This document shows positions 8,751-18,382 of a stretch of 64,000 nt of DNA, piece after piece. The stretch is from Acidimicrobiia bacterium. Its GTDB lineage: Bacteria; Actinomycetota; Acidimicrobiia; Actinomarinales; Actinomarinaceae. Every line of letters begins with the position of its first letter. The first letter of the stretch is position 1. The notes beneath the pieces are model-generated. The model did not search any database, had not been told where the DNA came from, and worked only from the letters and a program-made list of their open reading frames with translations. The translations under genes were made by a program, and so were the position numbers. The stretch is taken from NCBI GenBank assembly GCA_028376655.1, contig JAONAZ010000002.1:69029-133028 (forward strand), read 5' to 3'.

Positions 8751-9283
8751 GAATAATTTCAGGGACTCATAAAGGACAAAATATATTAACTATAAATGAT
8801 TCCAAAACAAGACCAATGATGGGGGTAGCCAGAGAAGGAATTTTTAGCTCATTACAATTCCAGATAGCAGACTCTATAGTTCTTGATCTTTATGCAGGTT
8901 CTGGAAGCATGGGTATTGAAGCATTGAGCAGGGGAGCAAAGTATATAACTTTTGTAGAATCTTCAGATAGTTGTGTAAAAATAATAAACAAAAATCTTAA
9001 AAAATTTGAAAATAATTACAACATTCAAAATATGACAGTCGATAAATATATTTCAAATGCTTCTGATAAATTCAATATAATATTTTATGACCCTCCTTTT
9101 GATTTTGAAGATTCTAAGATATCCTCTGAACTGAGTAGATTAGAAAACCTACTAGAAGAATCAGGGATTATTGTGTGCCACAGACACATTAAATCATCTA
9201 CAGTAATCAATTCGAAAAATTTAGAATTATATAAAGAAAAACTCTATGGACAAAGTAGAATTTTACTTATAAAGAAATTATGA
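8747..9283 (+). CDS. rsmD: 16S rRNA (guanine966-N2)-methyltransferase RsmD
   Basis: LDLYAGSGSMGIEALSRGA SAM-binding motif and DPPF motif. Conserved recG-rsmD-coaD order. Confidence 0.85.
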   Translation: MRIISGTHKGQNILTINDSKTRPMMGVAREGIFSSLQFQIADSIVLDLYAGSGSMGIEALSRGAKYITFVESSDSCVKIINKNLKKFENNYNIQNMTVDKYISNASDKFNIIFYDPPFDFEDSKISSELSRLENLLEESGIIVCHRHIKSSTVINSKNLELYKEKLYGQSRILLIKKL

Positions 9284-9744
9284 AAATACTTATACCAGGC
9301 TCGTTTGATCCACCAACTAATGGTCATATTGATGTTATAAAAAGATGCTCCAAAGTATTTGACGATGTACTTGTAGGTGTAATAGTAAATCCTTCAAAAA
9401 ATTCATTATTCGCAACAGAAACAAGAGAACTCATGCTTACAGAGATATTTACAGATACAAATAATGTTTCAATCAAGACATTTGAAGGTCTACTTGTTGA
9501 CTTCGCAAAGAATAATGAAGTACAGGCTATAGTTAAAGGACTTAGAGCAATGACAGATTTTGACTATGAGTTCCAGATGGCACAAATGAATTCAAATTTA
9601 GCCGATTTTGAAACAATATTTGTACCAGCTTCTCCTGAATATGGATATGTTTCAAGTTCAATGGTTAAAGAAATAAATTCTTACGGTGGAGATGTATCAA
9701 AATTAGTACCTGAGAACGTTTTAAAAAGGATGAATAATGTCTGA
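9280..9744 (+). CDS. coaD: phosphopantetheine adenylyltransferase
   Basis: PGSFDPPTNGHID (T/HxGH nucleotidyltransferase motif); SSSMVKE. 154 aa. Confidence 0.95.
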   Translation: MKILIPGSFDPPTNGHIDVIKRCSKVFDDVLVGVIVNPSKNSLFATETRELMLTEIFTDTNNVSIKTFEGLLVDFAKNNEVQAIVKGLRAMTDFDYEFQMAQMNSNLADFETIFVPASPEYGYVSSSMVKEINSYGGDVSKLVPENVLKRMNNV

Positions 9745-10243
9745 TAAAGAAAGTGCAAATTTTAAAGATATCATAAATGGAGAAATTAAAGTTGAGTATG
9801 TTGACCACCTTGAAACATTAAGAGAGAAACTTAATTCGAGCAATATTCTCAAAAGCAGAACTAGTAACAAAGAACTTATTGCAATAGTTGAGAATCTTAT
9901 CGACATACTGCCAGTTGAGATGAGAACAGCTCGTTGGCTAGTAAGAGAACAAGATACATTTTTAAATGAAGCAAAAGAAGAATCTCAAAATATTATTAAT
10001 AAAGCAAAAAGAGAATCTGAGACTCTAATTTCAAATTCATATGTTTTACAGGAAGCAGTTATTGAGGCTAATACCCTTATTAAGCAAGCTGAGAAAGAAT
10101 CTCAGGCTTATAGGATGAAAATTGAAGATGAAATGGATACTCTCTTTTCAGAACTACAATCAAAACTTGATCAACTCAATTCTTATATATCTAATGAAAA
10201 AAATTCTCTTAGAAAACCAAGAGAAATTATTAACCCTGAATAA
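9737..10243 (+). CDS. conserved coiled-coil protein of unknown function (ATP-synthase-b/DivIVA-like heptad region)
   Basis: 168 aa, Lys/Glu-rich heptad repeats. Overlaps the coaD stop by 8 nt. Sits between coaD and DUF177, where other actinobacteria also carry a coiled-coil protein. Confidence 0.55.
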   Translation: MSDKESANFKDIINGEIKVEYVDHLETLREKLNSSNILKSRTSNKELIAIVENLIDILPVEMRTARWLVREQDTFLNEAKEESQNIINKAKRESETLISNSYVLQEAVIEANTLIKQAEKESQAYRMKIEDEMDTLFSELQSKLDQLNSYISNEKNSLRKPREIINPE

Positions 10244-10245
10244 AT

Positions 10246-10746
10246 ATGCCACAATTAAATACTATTTTTAGTCTAGAGAAAGTCCTTAAAACAAATTCAG
10301 ATCTTAATGTAGAAGAATCGGGTATTTTAAATATAAAATACTCAGGTACTAAATCTTCAACTAAAACAAATGCGGTCCTGAGGGGGTTGATTACACGAGA
10401 AGGAGATTACTTATTAATTGAACTCATCGTAAATTATGTTGCAAGTAGTGAATGTTCTAGATGTTTAAAATCTTCAACTTACGACAGAGAAACTTTTATT
10501 AATGAAAAATTATATATTAAAAATGAGAATGACTATGAAATAAATTTTAAGGATGAAAATATTGATATTTATCCAATTATTTCTGAAAAAATAATTGATA
10601 ATATTTCCTTAGTGACTCTTTGTGACGATAATTGTAATGGTTTATGTGTTGTCTGTGGAAAAGAACAAAATACTAGTGTTTGTAAGCATGAAGAAAAAAA
10701 CTTAAAAGAAAGTCCATTTTCTTCTCTAAGTGAGCTAGATTTGTAA
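10246..10746 (+). CDS. yceD: DUF177/YceD-family protein (large ribosomal RNA subunit accumulation protein)
   Basis: CSRCL ... CDDNCNGLCVVCG motifs. Lies immediately upstream of rpmF, as in most bacteria. Confidence 0.8.
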   Translation: MPQLNTIFSLEKVLKTNSDLNVEESGILNIKYSGTKSSTKTNAVLRGLITREGDYLLIELIVNYVASSECSRCLKSSTYDRETFINEKLYIKNENDYEINFKDENIDIYPIISEKIIDNISLVTLCDDNCNGLCVVCGKEQNTSVCKHEEKNLKESPFSSLSELDL

Positions 10747-10762
10747 GTTGAAAGGATATTAA

Positions 10763-10945
10763 ATGGCCGTACCTAAGAAAAAGATGTCTAAATCAAGAAC
10801 AAGAAGAAGGAAAGCTACACATAAAGTTAGTAAACCTCATTTTATGATAGATCCCGAAACAGGTGTTGCAAAACAATCACATAGAGTAAACCCTGTAGAT
10901 GGAACATATAATGGACGTCAAGTTAAAGAACCTGAAAATAGCTAA
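10763..10945 (+). CDS. rpmF: 50S ribosomal protein L32
   Basis: MAVPKKKMSKSRTRRRKA N-terminus. 60 aa, Cys-less form. Confidence 0.95.
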   Translation: MAVPKKKMSKSRTRRRKATHKVSKPHFMIDPETGVAKQSHRVNPVDGTYNGRQVKEPENS

Positions 10946-10955
10946 TATATAGATT

Positions 10956-11927
10956 ATGAATACTATTGCTGTTGATGCAATGGGCGGTGATTCTGCTCCC
11001 GAAGAGATAGTTAAGGGTGCGATAAAAGCTAAAAATCTCGGTATAGATGTAATCCTTTCTGGTGACAAAAATCTAATAGAACCTTTCTTAAATAATACAA
11101 AGATTCCCATCGTTCATTATCCAGAAGTAATTTCAATGGATGAGAATCCAGCAAGGGCAATAAGGTCCAAAAAAAATTCATCTATTGTTGGAGCTATGCA
11201 GTTAGTTAAAGATAAGAAAGCTTCAGCAGTATTTTCTGCTGGATCAACTGGAGCTAGTTTAGTCGCAGCCATAGCTGTTCTAGGAAAGATAAAAGGTGTA
11301 ATTAGACCAGCAATAGCATCTGTACTTCCCTCAGTAAATCAAGATATTGTTCTACTTGATTCTGGAGCAAGCTTAGATGTTAAACCAAAAGTTTTGCTTC
11401 AATTTGCCGCGATGGGTTCTAAATTTGCAGAGGTGATATTCGACCTACCTTCACCTAGGATAGGTTTACTCAACAATGGAGAAGAAGCAAGTAAAGGTAG
11501 AGATTTAGAAAAAAGTACTTATAAGCTACTCAAATCTTCAAAACTAAATTTTATCGGCAACATAGAGGGTAAAGATTTTGCCAGTGATTCTGCTGATGTA
11601 TTTGTAACAGATGGATTTACTGGAAATATTGTATTAAAAACTATGGAAGGGACTGCTAAATTACAGCAAAGTATGATTAAGAAATCTCTTAAAGGTAATT
11701 TATTCAAACCTCTTCTTCTACCTGTTAATAAAGCACTACAGCCAGTAAGAGATCGTCTTGATCCTGATAAAACAAATGGAGCATACTTACTAGGAGTAAA
11801 TGGGATTGTTACAATTGCTCATGGAGCATCTTCTTCAGAAGCTGTAATGAATTCAATAATTTTCTCAAGTAAAACTGTTGAAAAAGGGTTTATATCTAAA
11901 TTTGCAGAAACAATATCTGAAATATGA
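10956..11927 (+). CDS. plsX: phosphate acyltransferase PlsX
   Basis: IAVDAMGGDSAP, FIGNIEG, TDGFTGNIVLK, GVNGIVTIAHG. 323 aa. Confidence 0.95.
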   Translation: MNTIAVDAMGGDSAPEEIVKGAIKAKNLGIDVILSGDKNLIEPFLNNTKIPIVHYPEVISMDENPARAIRSKKNSSIVGAMQLVKDKKASAVFSAGSTGASLVAAIAVLGKIKGVIRPAIASVLPSVNQDIVLLDSGASLDVKPKVLLQFAAMGSKFAEVIFDLPSPRIGLLNNGEEASKGRDLEKSTYKLLKSSKLNFIGNIEGKDFASDSADVFVTDGFTGNIVLKTMEGTAKLQQSMIKKSLKGNLFKPLLLPVNKALQPVRDRLDPDKTNGAYLLGVNGIVTIAHGASSSEAVMNSIIFSSKTVEKGFISKFAETISEI

Positions 11928-12604
11928 GTCCTGAATCTATATCAGAATTTGAAGAGATCATTGGGTATGTATTTAAAGATAAAAAATATTTAAAAATTTC
12001 TCTTAGCCACAAATCTTTTATTGATGAAAATCCAAGTTATGAATCTAATCAAAGGTACGAGTTTCTTGGAGATACAATTTTAGACTTCGATTTAACTAAC
12101 TATTTATTCACTAAATATCCAAGTTTAGATGAAGGTAGTCTCACGAAAATTAGATCTAGTGCTGTAAATCAATCTGCCCTTGTTGAGTTAGGACATAAAA
12201 TTAAAATCGGAAATTTTCTCTATCTAAGTAATGCAGAAGATGCAACAGGTGGAAGGATGAAAGACTCAATAATTGAAGATGCTGTAGAAGCTCTGATTGC
12301 AGCACTGTATTTTGATGGAGGCCTTGATATTGTAAATAAATTTGTGTCTCAGTTTATATATCCAAATATTAAAGAGTTATCTGAAGATCCTGGGTCTAAA
12401 GATTATAAGACTAGGCTTCAGGAATATTATGCAAAAAAAGGTAGAAAAGTTGTCTATGACGATATTTCCACAGGCCCTGATCACAACAAAGAATTTGTCT
12501 CTGAAGTTTTATTAGATGATGACATTATCGGAATGGGTAGGGGTAAGTCGAAAAAAAGCGCACAACAACATGCAGCAAAGCAAGCTTTGAGTAAAGTTAG
12601 CTAA
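11924..12604 (+). CDS. rnc: ribonuclease III
   Basis: RNase III signature QRYEFLGDTILD, catalytic EDAVEALIAALY, and a C-terminal dsRBD (KSKKSAQQHAAKQAL). Confidence 0.95.
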   Translation: MSPESISEFEEIIGYVFKDKKYLKISLSHKSFIDENPSYESNQRYEFLGDTILDFDLTNYLFTKYPSLDEGSLTKIRSSAVNQSALVELGHKIKIGNFLYLSNAEDATGGRMKDSIIEDAVEALIAALYFDGGLDIVNKFVSQFIYPNIKELSEDPGSKDYKTRLQEYYAKKGRKVVYDDISTGPDHNKEFVSEVLLDDDIIGMGRGKSKKSAQQHAAKQALSKVS

Positions 12605-12617
12605 CGCCAGAAACCAT

Positions 12618-12626
12618 TGTTATAAT
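12618..12626 (+). promoter_or_regulatory. extended -10 promoter element (TGtTATAAT) giving a near-leaderless transcript for the downstream gene
   Basis: TG at 12618-12619 and TATAAT at 12621-12626. The ATG of the next gene lies 9 nt after the hexamer, and no SD sits between them. Confidence 0.4.
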
Positions 12627-12634
12627 TTACAACT

Positions 12635-13564
12635 ATGGATAGCTTTAAAATTATCTTATCGCGTAATGGCATTGATGAATCTTTTCACAATATTGAATTA
12701 GTAGATAATAAATCCAATAAAGGATTTGATTACTTTCCTCGATCAGCTATTAAACCTTTTCAGTTACTACCTCTCGTTGCTGAGATTAAGAAAAGAGAAT
12801 TAGAAATTGATTACTCTGAAATTGCAATCTTTTGTGCATCTCATTCTGGAGAGTTAATTCACACTGATAAAGTAGAGCAAACTGCCAAGAAATATTCACT
12901 GAATTACGAAGATATATTTTGCGAAAGACAAATACCTTTTAATGCTGACTCTTATAAAAATTTAGTAGAAAACAAAAATCCTTTTACAAAATTACATAAC
13001 AACTGTTCAGGAAAGCATATTGGGATGTTACTTTTATGTCAGTTATTAGATTTTGACATAAATGGATATGAAAGTTTGCAACATCCCCTGCAACAAATTA
13101 TAAATAAATTTTATGAAGAATTATTTGAATTAGACAATATTTTTTACGGTGTTGATGGATGTGGTCTTCCTGCGCCCTATTTAAATTCTTTAAATTTTAT
13201 TAATAGTGTATCTAAATTAAATGAATGGGATGCTTATCGAGATTCCTGGATGGATGTTTTTAACTCTTTTATTGCCTTCCCAAAACTTACTGCTGGTACT
13301 GGGAGAGTTGATACAATTCTGATGGAAAAATCTGATCAAGATCTATTAATAAAGGCTGGTGCTGAAGGTTCAATGTTTTTTACAGATCTTACAAACTCAA
13401 CAGTTCTTAAGTGTGTTGATGGCTCTAAAAGAGGAGTTGAGGTTGCTTCAATGTACTATTCGCTATCACAAGGCTTTATTGATGAATCTGTATATGAAGA
13501 GTTTACGTATGGTTTAACTCATAATAATCAAAATACTAAAGTTGCAGATATAAAAATAGTCTAA
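12635..13564 (+). CDS. asparaginase-II family (PF06089-like) protein
   Basis: 309 aa. RSAIKPFQ, ASHSGE, LHNNCSGKH, DGCG.P motifs are characteristic of the Rhizobium-type asparaginase family. Confidence 0.65.
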   Translation: MDSFKIILSRNGIDESFHNIELVDNKSNKGFDYFPRSAIKPFQLLPLVAEIKKRELEIDYSEIAIFCASHSGELIHTDKVEQTAKKYSLNYEDIFCERQIPFNADSYKNLVENKNPFTKLHNNCSGKHIGMLLLCQLLDFDINGYESLQHPLQQIINKFYEELFELDNIFYGVDGCGLPAPYLNSLNFINSVSKLNEWDAYRDSWMDVFNSFIAFPKLTAGTGRVDTILMEKSDQDLLIKAGAEGSMFFTDLTNSTVLKCVDGSKRGVEVASMYYSLSQGFIDESVYEEFTYGLTHNNQNTKVADIKIV

Positions 13565-13617
13565 ATACTCAAGATTTACTTATTCTTTACTATAATTGTA
13601 CTAACAACAGGGTAAGA

Positions 13618-16278
13618 ATGTATTTAAAATCGATAGTCGTGAATGGCTTTAAGTCATTCGCTGAAAAAGTTAGTATTGACCTTTCAAATAAGGTTAATGT
13701 CGTAGTAGGTCCAAACGGATCAGGTAAATCAAATGTAGTTGATGCAATTTCTTGGGTACTGGGTACTCAAAGTCCTGGTGCACTTAGAACAAATAAAATG
13801 GAAGATGTAATTTTTGCAGGTACTGAAAAACTAACAGAAAAAGGTTTTGCAGAAGTATATCTTAATTTCGTCGTCGATCCAGAGAAATTCAATGGGTCTG
13901 AAGAAATCTCGATAGGTAGAAAACTATATAGAGACGGCGCATCAGAATATTTTATGAATGGGTTGAATTGTAGATTACTGGATATCCAAGAATTCTTAAG
14001 CGATTTAGGTATTGGCAAACAGCAACATACAATTATCTCTCAAGGACAAATTGCTGAAATATTAAATTCAAAACCCGAAGATCATAGAATTACAATTGAA
14101 GAAGCAGCAGGTATCCTTCCATTTAAATTAAAAAAAGATAAAGCATTAAGAAGAATTGAATCTGGTGATAAAGAAATCAAAAGAGCAAAAGATGTACTTC
14201 GTGAAATTAATAAACAACTTAAACCTTTGAAATTACAAGCTGAACAGGCCCAAACTCATGAAATGCTAACAGCATCACTTCTTGAAAATAAAACTAATTT
14301 GAATCTTTTGAAATACTCTATATTTTCGGAGAAAGAAAAAAATATTAGTAATGAACTTATCAATATTTCAGAGAAATTAGAAAACATTATAAAATCTTCT
14401 CAAAATGCTAAAGACCTTAAAAATAATCTTATTTCTGAATTAGGTCAAGGTGTGTCTGTTGGTTCACTATTTAAAGATTATTCAAACAAACTTACAACTA
14501 AATCAGAACAAATAAAATCAATTGCACAAATAGCTACTGAGAGATTAGACAATCTTGATAGAGAGACACTGCGTGAAGAGAAAAGGTTAACAGATTTACA
14601 AAACAGGGTACTTTCAAATACTTTAACTATTAATGATCTTTCTAATAAACTAATAACAAAAAAAGATACTCTCACAGATTTAAATAAAAACTTAGAAGAA
14701 CTCAACAAGCAAATTAACGAGAATAATAAAAATCAGTCTGCATCCTTAGAAGTTAATGAAGCAATACTTGAGAAAGATCTTGATTATTTAAAGTCTATTG
14801 TTGGTAAGCTTGAAAATTCACTTTCAGTAAACGAGGAAAACTTTAGTAAATGGGAAAATGATAAAAATACCACAGAAGAAGTTTTAGGAGATTACTCACT
14901 TCAAATCTCAAAAAAAATATTCTTAAAACAATCTTTCACAAAAGTCCGAAAAACAGTCAAAACAATTGTGGATAGGGAACTTGATGCTTCAAAAATAAAC
15001 TTAGAAAATTTAAAAGCAGAATATCAAATAAATCTTGATATTTTAAACTCAAAGATTAATCAGCAAAACTCAATCTCAAATAATTCATCGTATAAAGAAG
15101 AACTCAAAAATCAAGAAGTAATCCTTCGTTCAAAACTTAATTCTTTAGAGGGCGATGTTACATCTCGATCAAATCAACTTGTTTCAGCAGCTGAACAAAT
15201 AAAATTCCTTACCAATGAAAATTCTGAATTACAACTTACTATTGATGAAATACATTATGCCCCTAACATTGACTATAAGGAAGAATTACAAACTATCATT
15301 AGTAAATCATCATTATTAATTGAAACTCTTAATTCCTCAGCCTTATCGATGTTCTCTCAAGCGAATGTTTATGAAGAAAAGCATGGCAATAAAAATACTG
15401 AGATATCTGAATTAGAAAAAAAGATTGAAGCTTACAGCAAGTCCTATTTGTTGATTAACGATAAGAAGAGTGACTTATCAATTAAGAAAGCAGAATATTT
15501 ATCTGAAAAGTCACACCACTATTCAACCCTTGTCAATATGTATGGATTAGAGCCTACAAATTTTGAATTATTTGATCAGTCTAGTTTCAACCAAAATGAA
15601 CTTGAAAATCAAATTTTATCAATCGAAACTAGTCTTGACGACATAGGAGTTGTAAATTATTTAGCTAAAACAGATTATGAACAATTAAATTCCCGTCATA
15701 AAGAAATTACTTCTTCTATCGACGATCTTACAAGTTCCAAAAAAGAACTACTAGTCCATATTAAAGAAATAGAAGATGAAATCGAATTTAGAATTGATTC
15801 ATCATTCAATTCTATATCAGTTCACTTTGGAGAAATTTTTGAACAGTTATTTCCTGGTGGTAAAGGCTCTCTTGAGTTAACCAATAGGGATAATTTATTA
15901 GAAACAGGTATTGAAATTAATGTACAGCCTAAAGGTAAAAAGGTAAAAAAACTTAGCTTACTCTCAGGAGGCGAGAGATCATTAGCTGCTATTGCTTTTC
16001 TATTTGCAATTTTCAAATCATTTCCAAGCCCTTTTTATATCCTTGATGAAGTTGAAGCCGCCTTAGATGATGCCAATCTTCACAGAATGATAAATCTTTT
16101 AAATTATGTAAAAGATGACGCTCAATTTATTATCGTTACACACCAACAACAAACTATGCATGCTGGTGACGTATTGTATGGTGTTACTATGGAACCTGGC
16201 TCAGGCTCACGAATTTTTATAAAAACAAAATCTGAATTTGAAAACCTAATTGCAAATGAAACTAATAAAAATGAGTGA
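13618..16278 (+). CDS. smc: SMC-family chromosome partition ATPase, unusually short (886 aa), hinge not recognisable
   Basis: N-terminal head FKSF...GPNGSGKSNVVDAI. C-terminal head LSLLSGGERSLAAIAFLFAI (signature motif) and FYILDEVEAALD (Walker B). The middle of about 550 aa is uninterrupted coiled-coil-like sequence. Confidence 0.8.
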   Translation: MYLKSIVVNGFKSFAEKVSIDLSNKVNVVVGPNGSGKSNVVDAISWVLGTQSPGALRTNKMEDVIFAGTEKLTEKGFAEVYLNFVVDPEKFNGSEEISIGRKLYRDGASEYFMNGLNCRLLDIQEFLSDLGIGKQQHTIISQGQIAEILNSKPEDHRITIEEAAGILPFKLKKDKALRRIESGDKEIKRAKDVLREINKQLKPLKLQAEQAQTHEMLTASLLENKTNLNLLKYSIFSEKEKNISNELINISEKLENIIKSSQNAKDLKNNLISELGQGVSVGSLFKDYSNKLTTKSEQIKSIAQIATERLDNLDRETLREEKRLTDLQNRVLSNTLTINDLSNKLITKKDTLTDLNKNLEELNKQINENNKNQSASLEVNEAILEKDLDYLKSIVGKLENSLSVNEENFSKWENDKNTTEEVLGDYSLQISKKIFLKQSFTKVRKTVKTIVDRELDASKINLENLKAEYQINLDILNSKINQQNSISNNSSYKEELKNQEVILRSKLNSLEGDVTSRSNQLVSAAEQIKFLTNENSELQLTIDEIHYAPNIDYKEELQTIISKSSLLIETLNSSALSMFSQANVYEEKHGNKNTEISELEKKIEAYSKSYLLINDKKSDLSIKKAEYLSEKSHHYSTLVNMYGLEPTNFELFDQSSFNQNELENQILSIETSLDDIGVVNYLAKTDYEQLNSRHKEITSSIDDLTSSKKELLVHIKEIEDEIEFRIDSSFNSISVHFGEIFEQLFPGGKGSLELTNRDNLLETGIEINVQPKGKKVKKLSLLSGGERSLAAIAFLFAIFKSFPSPFYILDEVEAALDDANLHRMINLLNYVKDDAQFIIVTHQQQTMHAGDVLYGVTMEPGSGSRIFIKTKSEFENLIANETNKNE

Positions 16279-16669
16279 ATTAGACGATAAATTAGCAAAT
16301 TTAGCAGAAGAAACTGCAAAGTCTGCATATGCCCCATATTCAAACTTTAGAGTCGGAGCAGCCCTTATCACAGATAGTGGAAATATTTATACAGGTTGCA
16401 ATATAGAAAATGCTTCATACCCAGCAACTGTTTGCGCTGAAGATGTTGCTGTTTTTAAAGCTATATCTGAAGGTGAAAATAAAATCAATATACTCGCTGT
16501 TGCTTGTATTGATTCGGATGAACAACCAATTTTTCCTTGTGGTGTATCAAGACAAAGAATGTCGGAATTTGGCACAGAAGAAGTTATTGTTGTCCATAAG
16601 GGTAATTATAAAAAGTATAAATTTGAAGATGTACTTCCTTTTGATAATAAAATCAAATTTTCAGATTAA
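16271..16669 (+). CDS. cdd: cytidine deaminase-family protein (variant Zn site)
   Basis: APYSNFRVGAA, TGCNIENASY, CAEDVA (C/HAE motif), PCGVSRQ (normally PCGxCRQ). The ATG at 16271 overlaps the smc stop by 8 nt. Confidence 0.75.
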   Translation: MSELDDKLANLAEETAKSAYAPYSNFRVGAALITDSGNIYTGCNIENASYPATVCAEDVAVFKAISEGENKINILAVACIDSDEQPIFPCGVSRQRMSEFGTEEVIVVHKGNYKKYKFEDVLPFDNKIKFSD

Positions 16670-17589
16670 AGATTCTCTATAAGCTTAGGAATGATATTTA
16701 AAGTATCTCCTACAATACCCAAATCAGCAATTTGAAATATAGGTGCTTCCTCATCTTTATTAATAGCGATAATATATTTTGAATCCTTCATTCCAACTTG
16801 ATGCTGCGTAGCTCCGGAGATTCCACAAGCAATATATACGTCAGGTTTAACTGTTTTACCTGTTTGTCCGACTTGTTGTGAATATGGCATCCAACCTGCA
16901 TCAACAATAGCTCTAGTCCCACCTATGGCAGCATTAAGTTTTAAAGCAAGTTCATTGATGTATTTTAAATTATCGACTTCAACCATACCCCTACCAGCTG
17001 AAATAACTATTTTAGAGTCATCTAATTGAGGACCAGTTTTTTCTTCAACAAAAACGTCATAAACGGAAGTTGTTAATTCGTTACTCTCAATATTTATAGA
17101 TTCATAATTTTCATTTAGTAATATTTCTGCAGGTTCAAATGACTTTGGTCTTATAATTAATAATTTGTAATCAGATGTAACCTTAGTTATATATTCGCTT
17201 TCCCCACCGTCAATTGAATTTGTAGTCATTACATCATCACCAGATAAAGTAAAATTAACCACATTTGATACTGGACTTGAGTTTAAATCAACAGATAAGA
17301 AACCTGTTATATCCCTTCCAATATACGTAGAAGAAGCCAAGATCATATTTATAGAATTTTCTTTTATAATTTTATTTATATTGTCTGCAACAGATGACAA
17401 TGTAAGCTCTTCAGAGTTAATTTTGAGATAAGTCGCGTTAAATGTGTCTCCTCCAATCTTTGGATTATCTTCACTACCAATAACAACTAAATGAAAATCT
17501 AATCCTTCAGATTGAAGTTTTCCTGCAATTTCTAGAGTTCCTTGAGATAAGGTACCCTTACTTGTTTCTCCAATTATTAAAGATTTCAT
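16666..17589 (-). CDS. etfA: electron transfer flavoprotein, alpha subunit
   Basis: C-terminal FAD-binding region GGTRAIVDAGWMPYSQQVGQTGKTVKPDVYIACGISGATQH. 307 aa. Confidence 0.9.
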   Translation of the reverse strand: MKSLIIGETSKGTLSQGTLEIAGKLQSEGLDFHLVVIGSEDNPKIGGDTFNATYLKINSEELTLSSVADNINKIIKENSINMILASSTYIGRDITGFLSVDLNSSPVSNVVNFTLSGDDVMTTNSIDGGESEYITKVTSDYKLLIIRPKSFEPAEILLNENYESINIESNELTTSVYDVFVEEKTGPQLDDSKIVISAGRGMVEVDNLKYINELALKLNAAIGGTRAIVDAGWMPYSQQVGQTGKTVKPDVYIACGISGATQHQVGMKDSKYIIAINKDEEAPIFQIADLGIVGDTLNIIPKLIENL

Positions 17590-18335
17590 ATCGCTTTTAT
17601 TTCTTTTAGTTTCTCAATTATTAAATTAAAAGAGTTACCTTCATCTATATGTTTCTCGCCAGACTTATCACTTGATATTGAATTTATTTCAACGAATTCT
17701 TGATTTTGTATCGCTGTTAATTCAATTGATGAGATAGAAATTACCTCTACGGGTTTAGATTTAGCAGCCATAATATCCTTAAAATTTGGATATCTTGGTT
17801 CAACACCACTTGCTGTTACAGATATTACACACTTGTCTGGCATAGTAACTTTCTCTGATCCAGTTATAGTTTGCCTAGTTAGAATTGTATCGTCATTGAT
17901 TTCTATGCCTTTCACATAAGATATACACGGTAAATTCAAATATCTTGAAACTTGCTGTGGAACAACACCTGAGTATCCATCAGAGGATTCAGTTCCGAAT
18001 ATTATAACATCAGCCTCGGCAGATTTTGCCATACTACTAAGTACATTTGACGTCATTAAAGAATTTGCATTTACTAAAGAGTCATCTTCTATTACAAGTG
18101 CTTTATCTGCACCCATTTGAAGGGCTTGTTGAATACCTTTTTGTGTCCCCAGCTTCCCCATTGATAAAACAATTACTTCAGCATCGAATTTTTCCTTAAG
18201 TTGAAGCGCGACCTCAATACCATATCTGTCTGTATCATCTAATACTTGTTCTTCAGGTCTTGAAATGGCACCACCTTCATAGGACACAGCTATTGCTGGA
18301 TCAGGTATTTGTTTTGCGCAGACTGCGATTTTCAT
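17586..18335 (-). CDS. etfB: electron transfer flavoprotein, beta subunit
   Basis: MKIAVCAKQIPDP N-terminus. 249 aa. 4-nt overlap with etfA. Confidence 0.9.
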   Translation of the reverse strand: MKIAVCAKQIPDPAIAVSYEGGAISRPEEQVLDDTDRYGIEVALQLKEKFDAEVIVLSMGKLGTQKGIQQALQMGADKALVIEDDSLVNANSLMTSNVLSSMAKSAEADVIIFGTESSDGYSGVVPQQVSRYLNLPCISYVKGIEINDDTILTRQTITGSEKVTMPDKCVISVTASGVEPRYPNFKDIMAAKSKPVEVISISSIELTAIQNQEFVEINSISSDKSGEKHIDEGNSFNLIIEKLKEIKAI

Positions 18336-18382
18336 ATTTTTTATTCTAATAATAAAAAACTTTATAGATGAATTATTTACAG

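Noticed and set aside
16410-16682. A 90-aa same-strand ORF overlaps cdd in another frame.
   Set aside because: Its translation is Leu/Lys/Ile low-complexity sequence, and the cdd frame carries the conserved deaminase motifs. It is most likely an AT-rich frame artefact.
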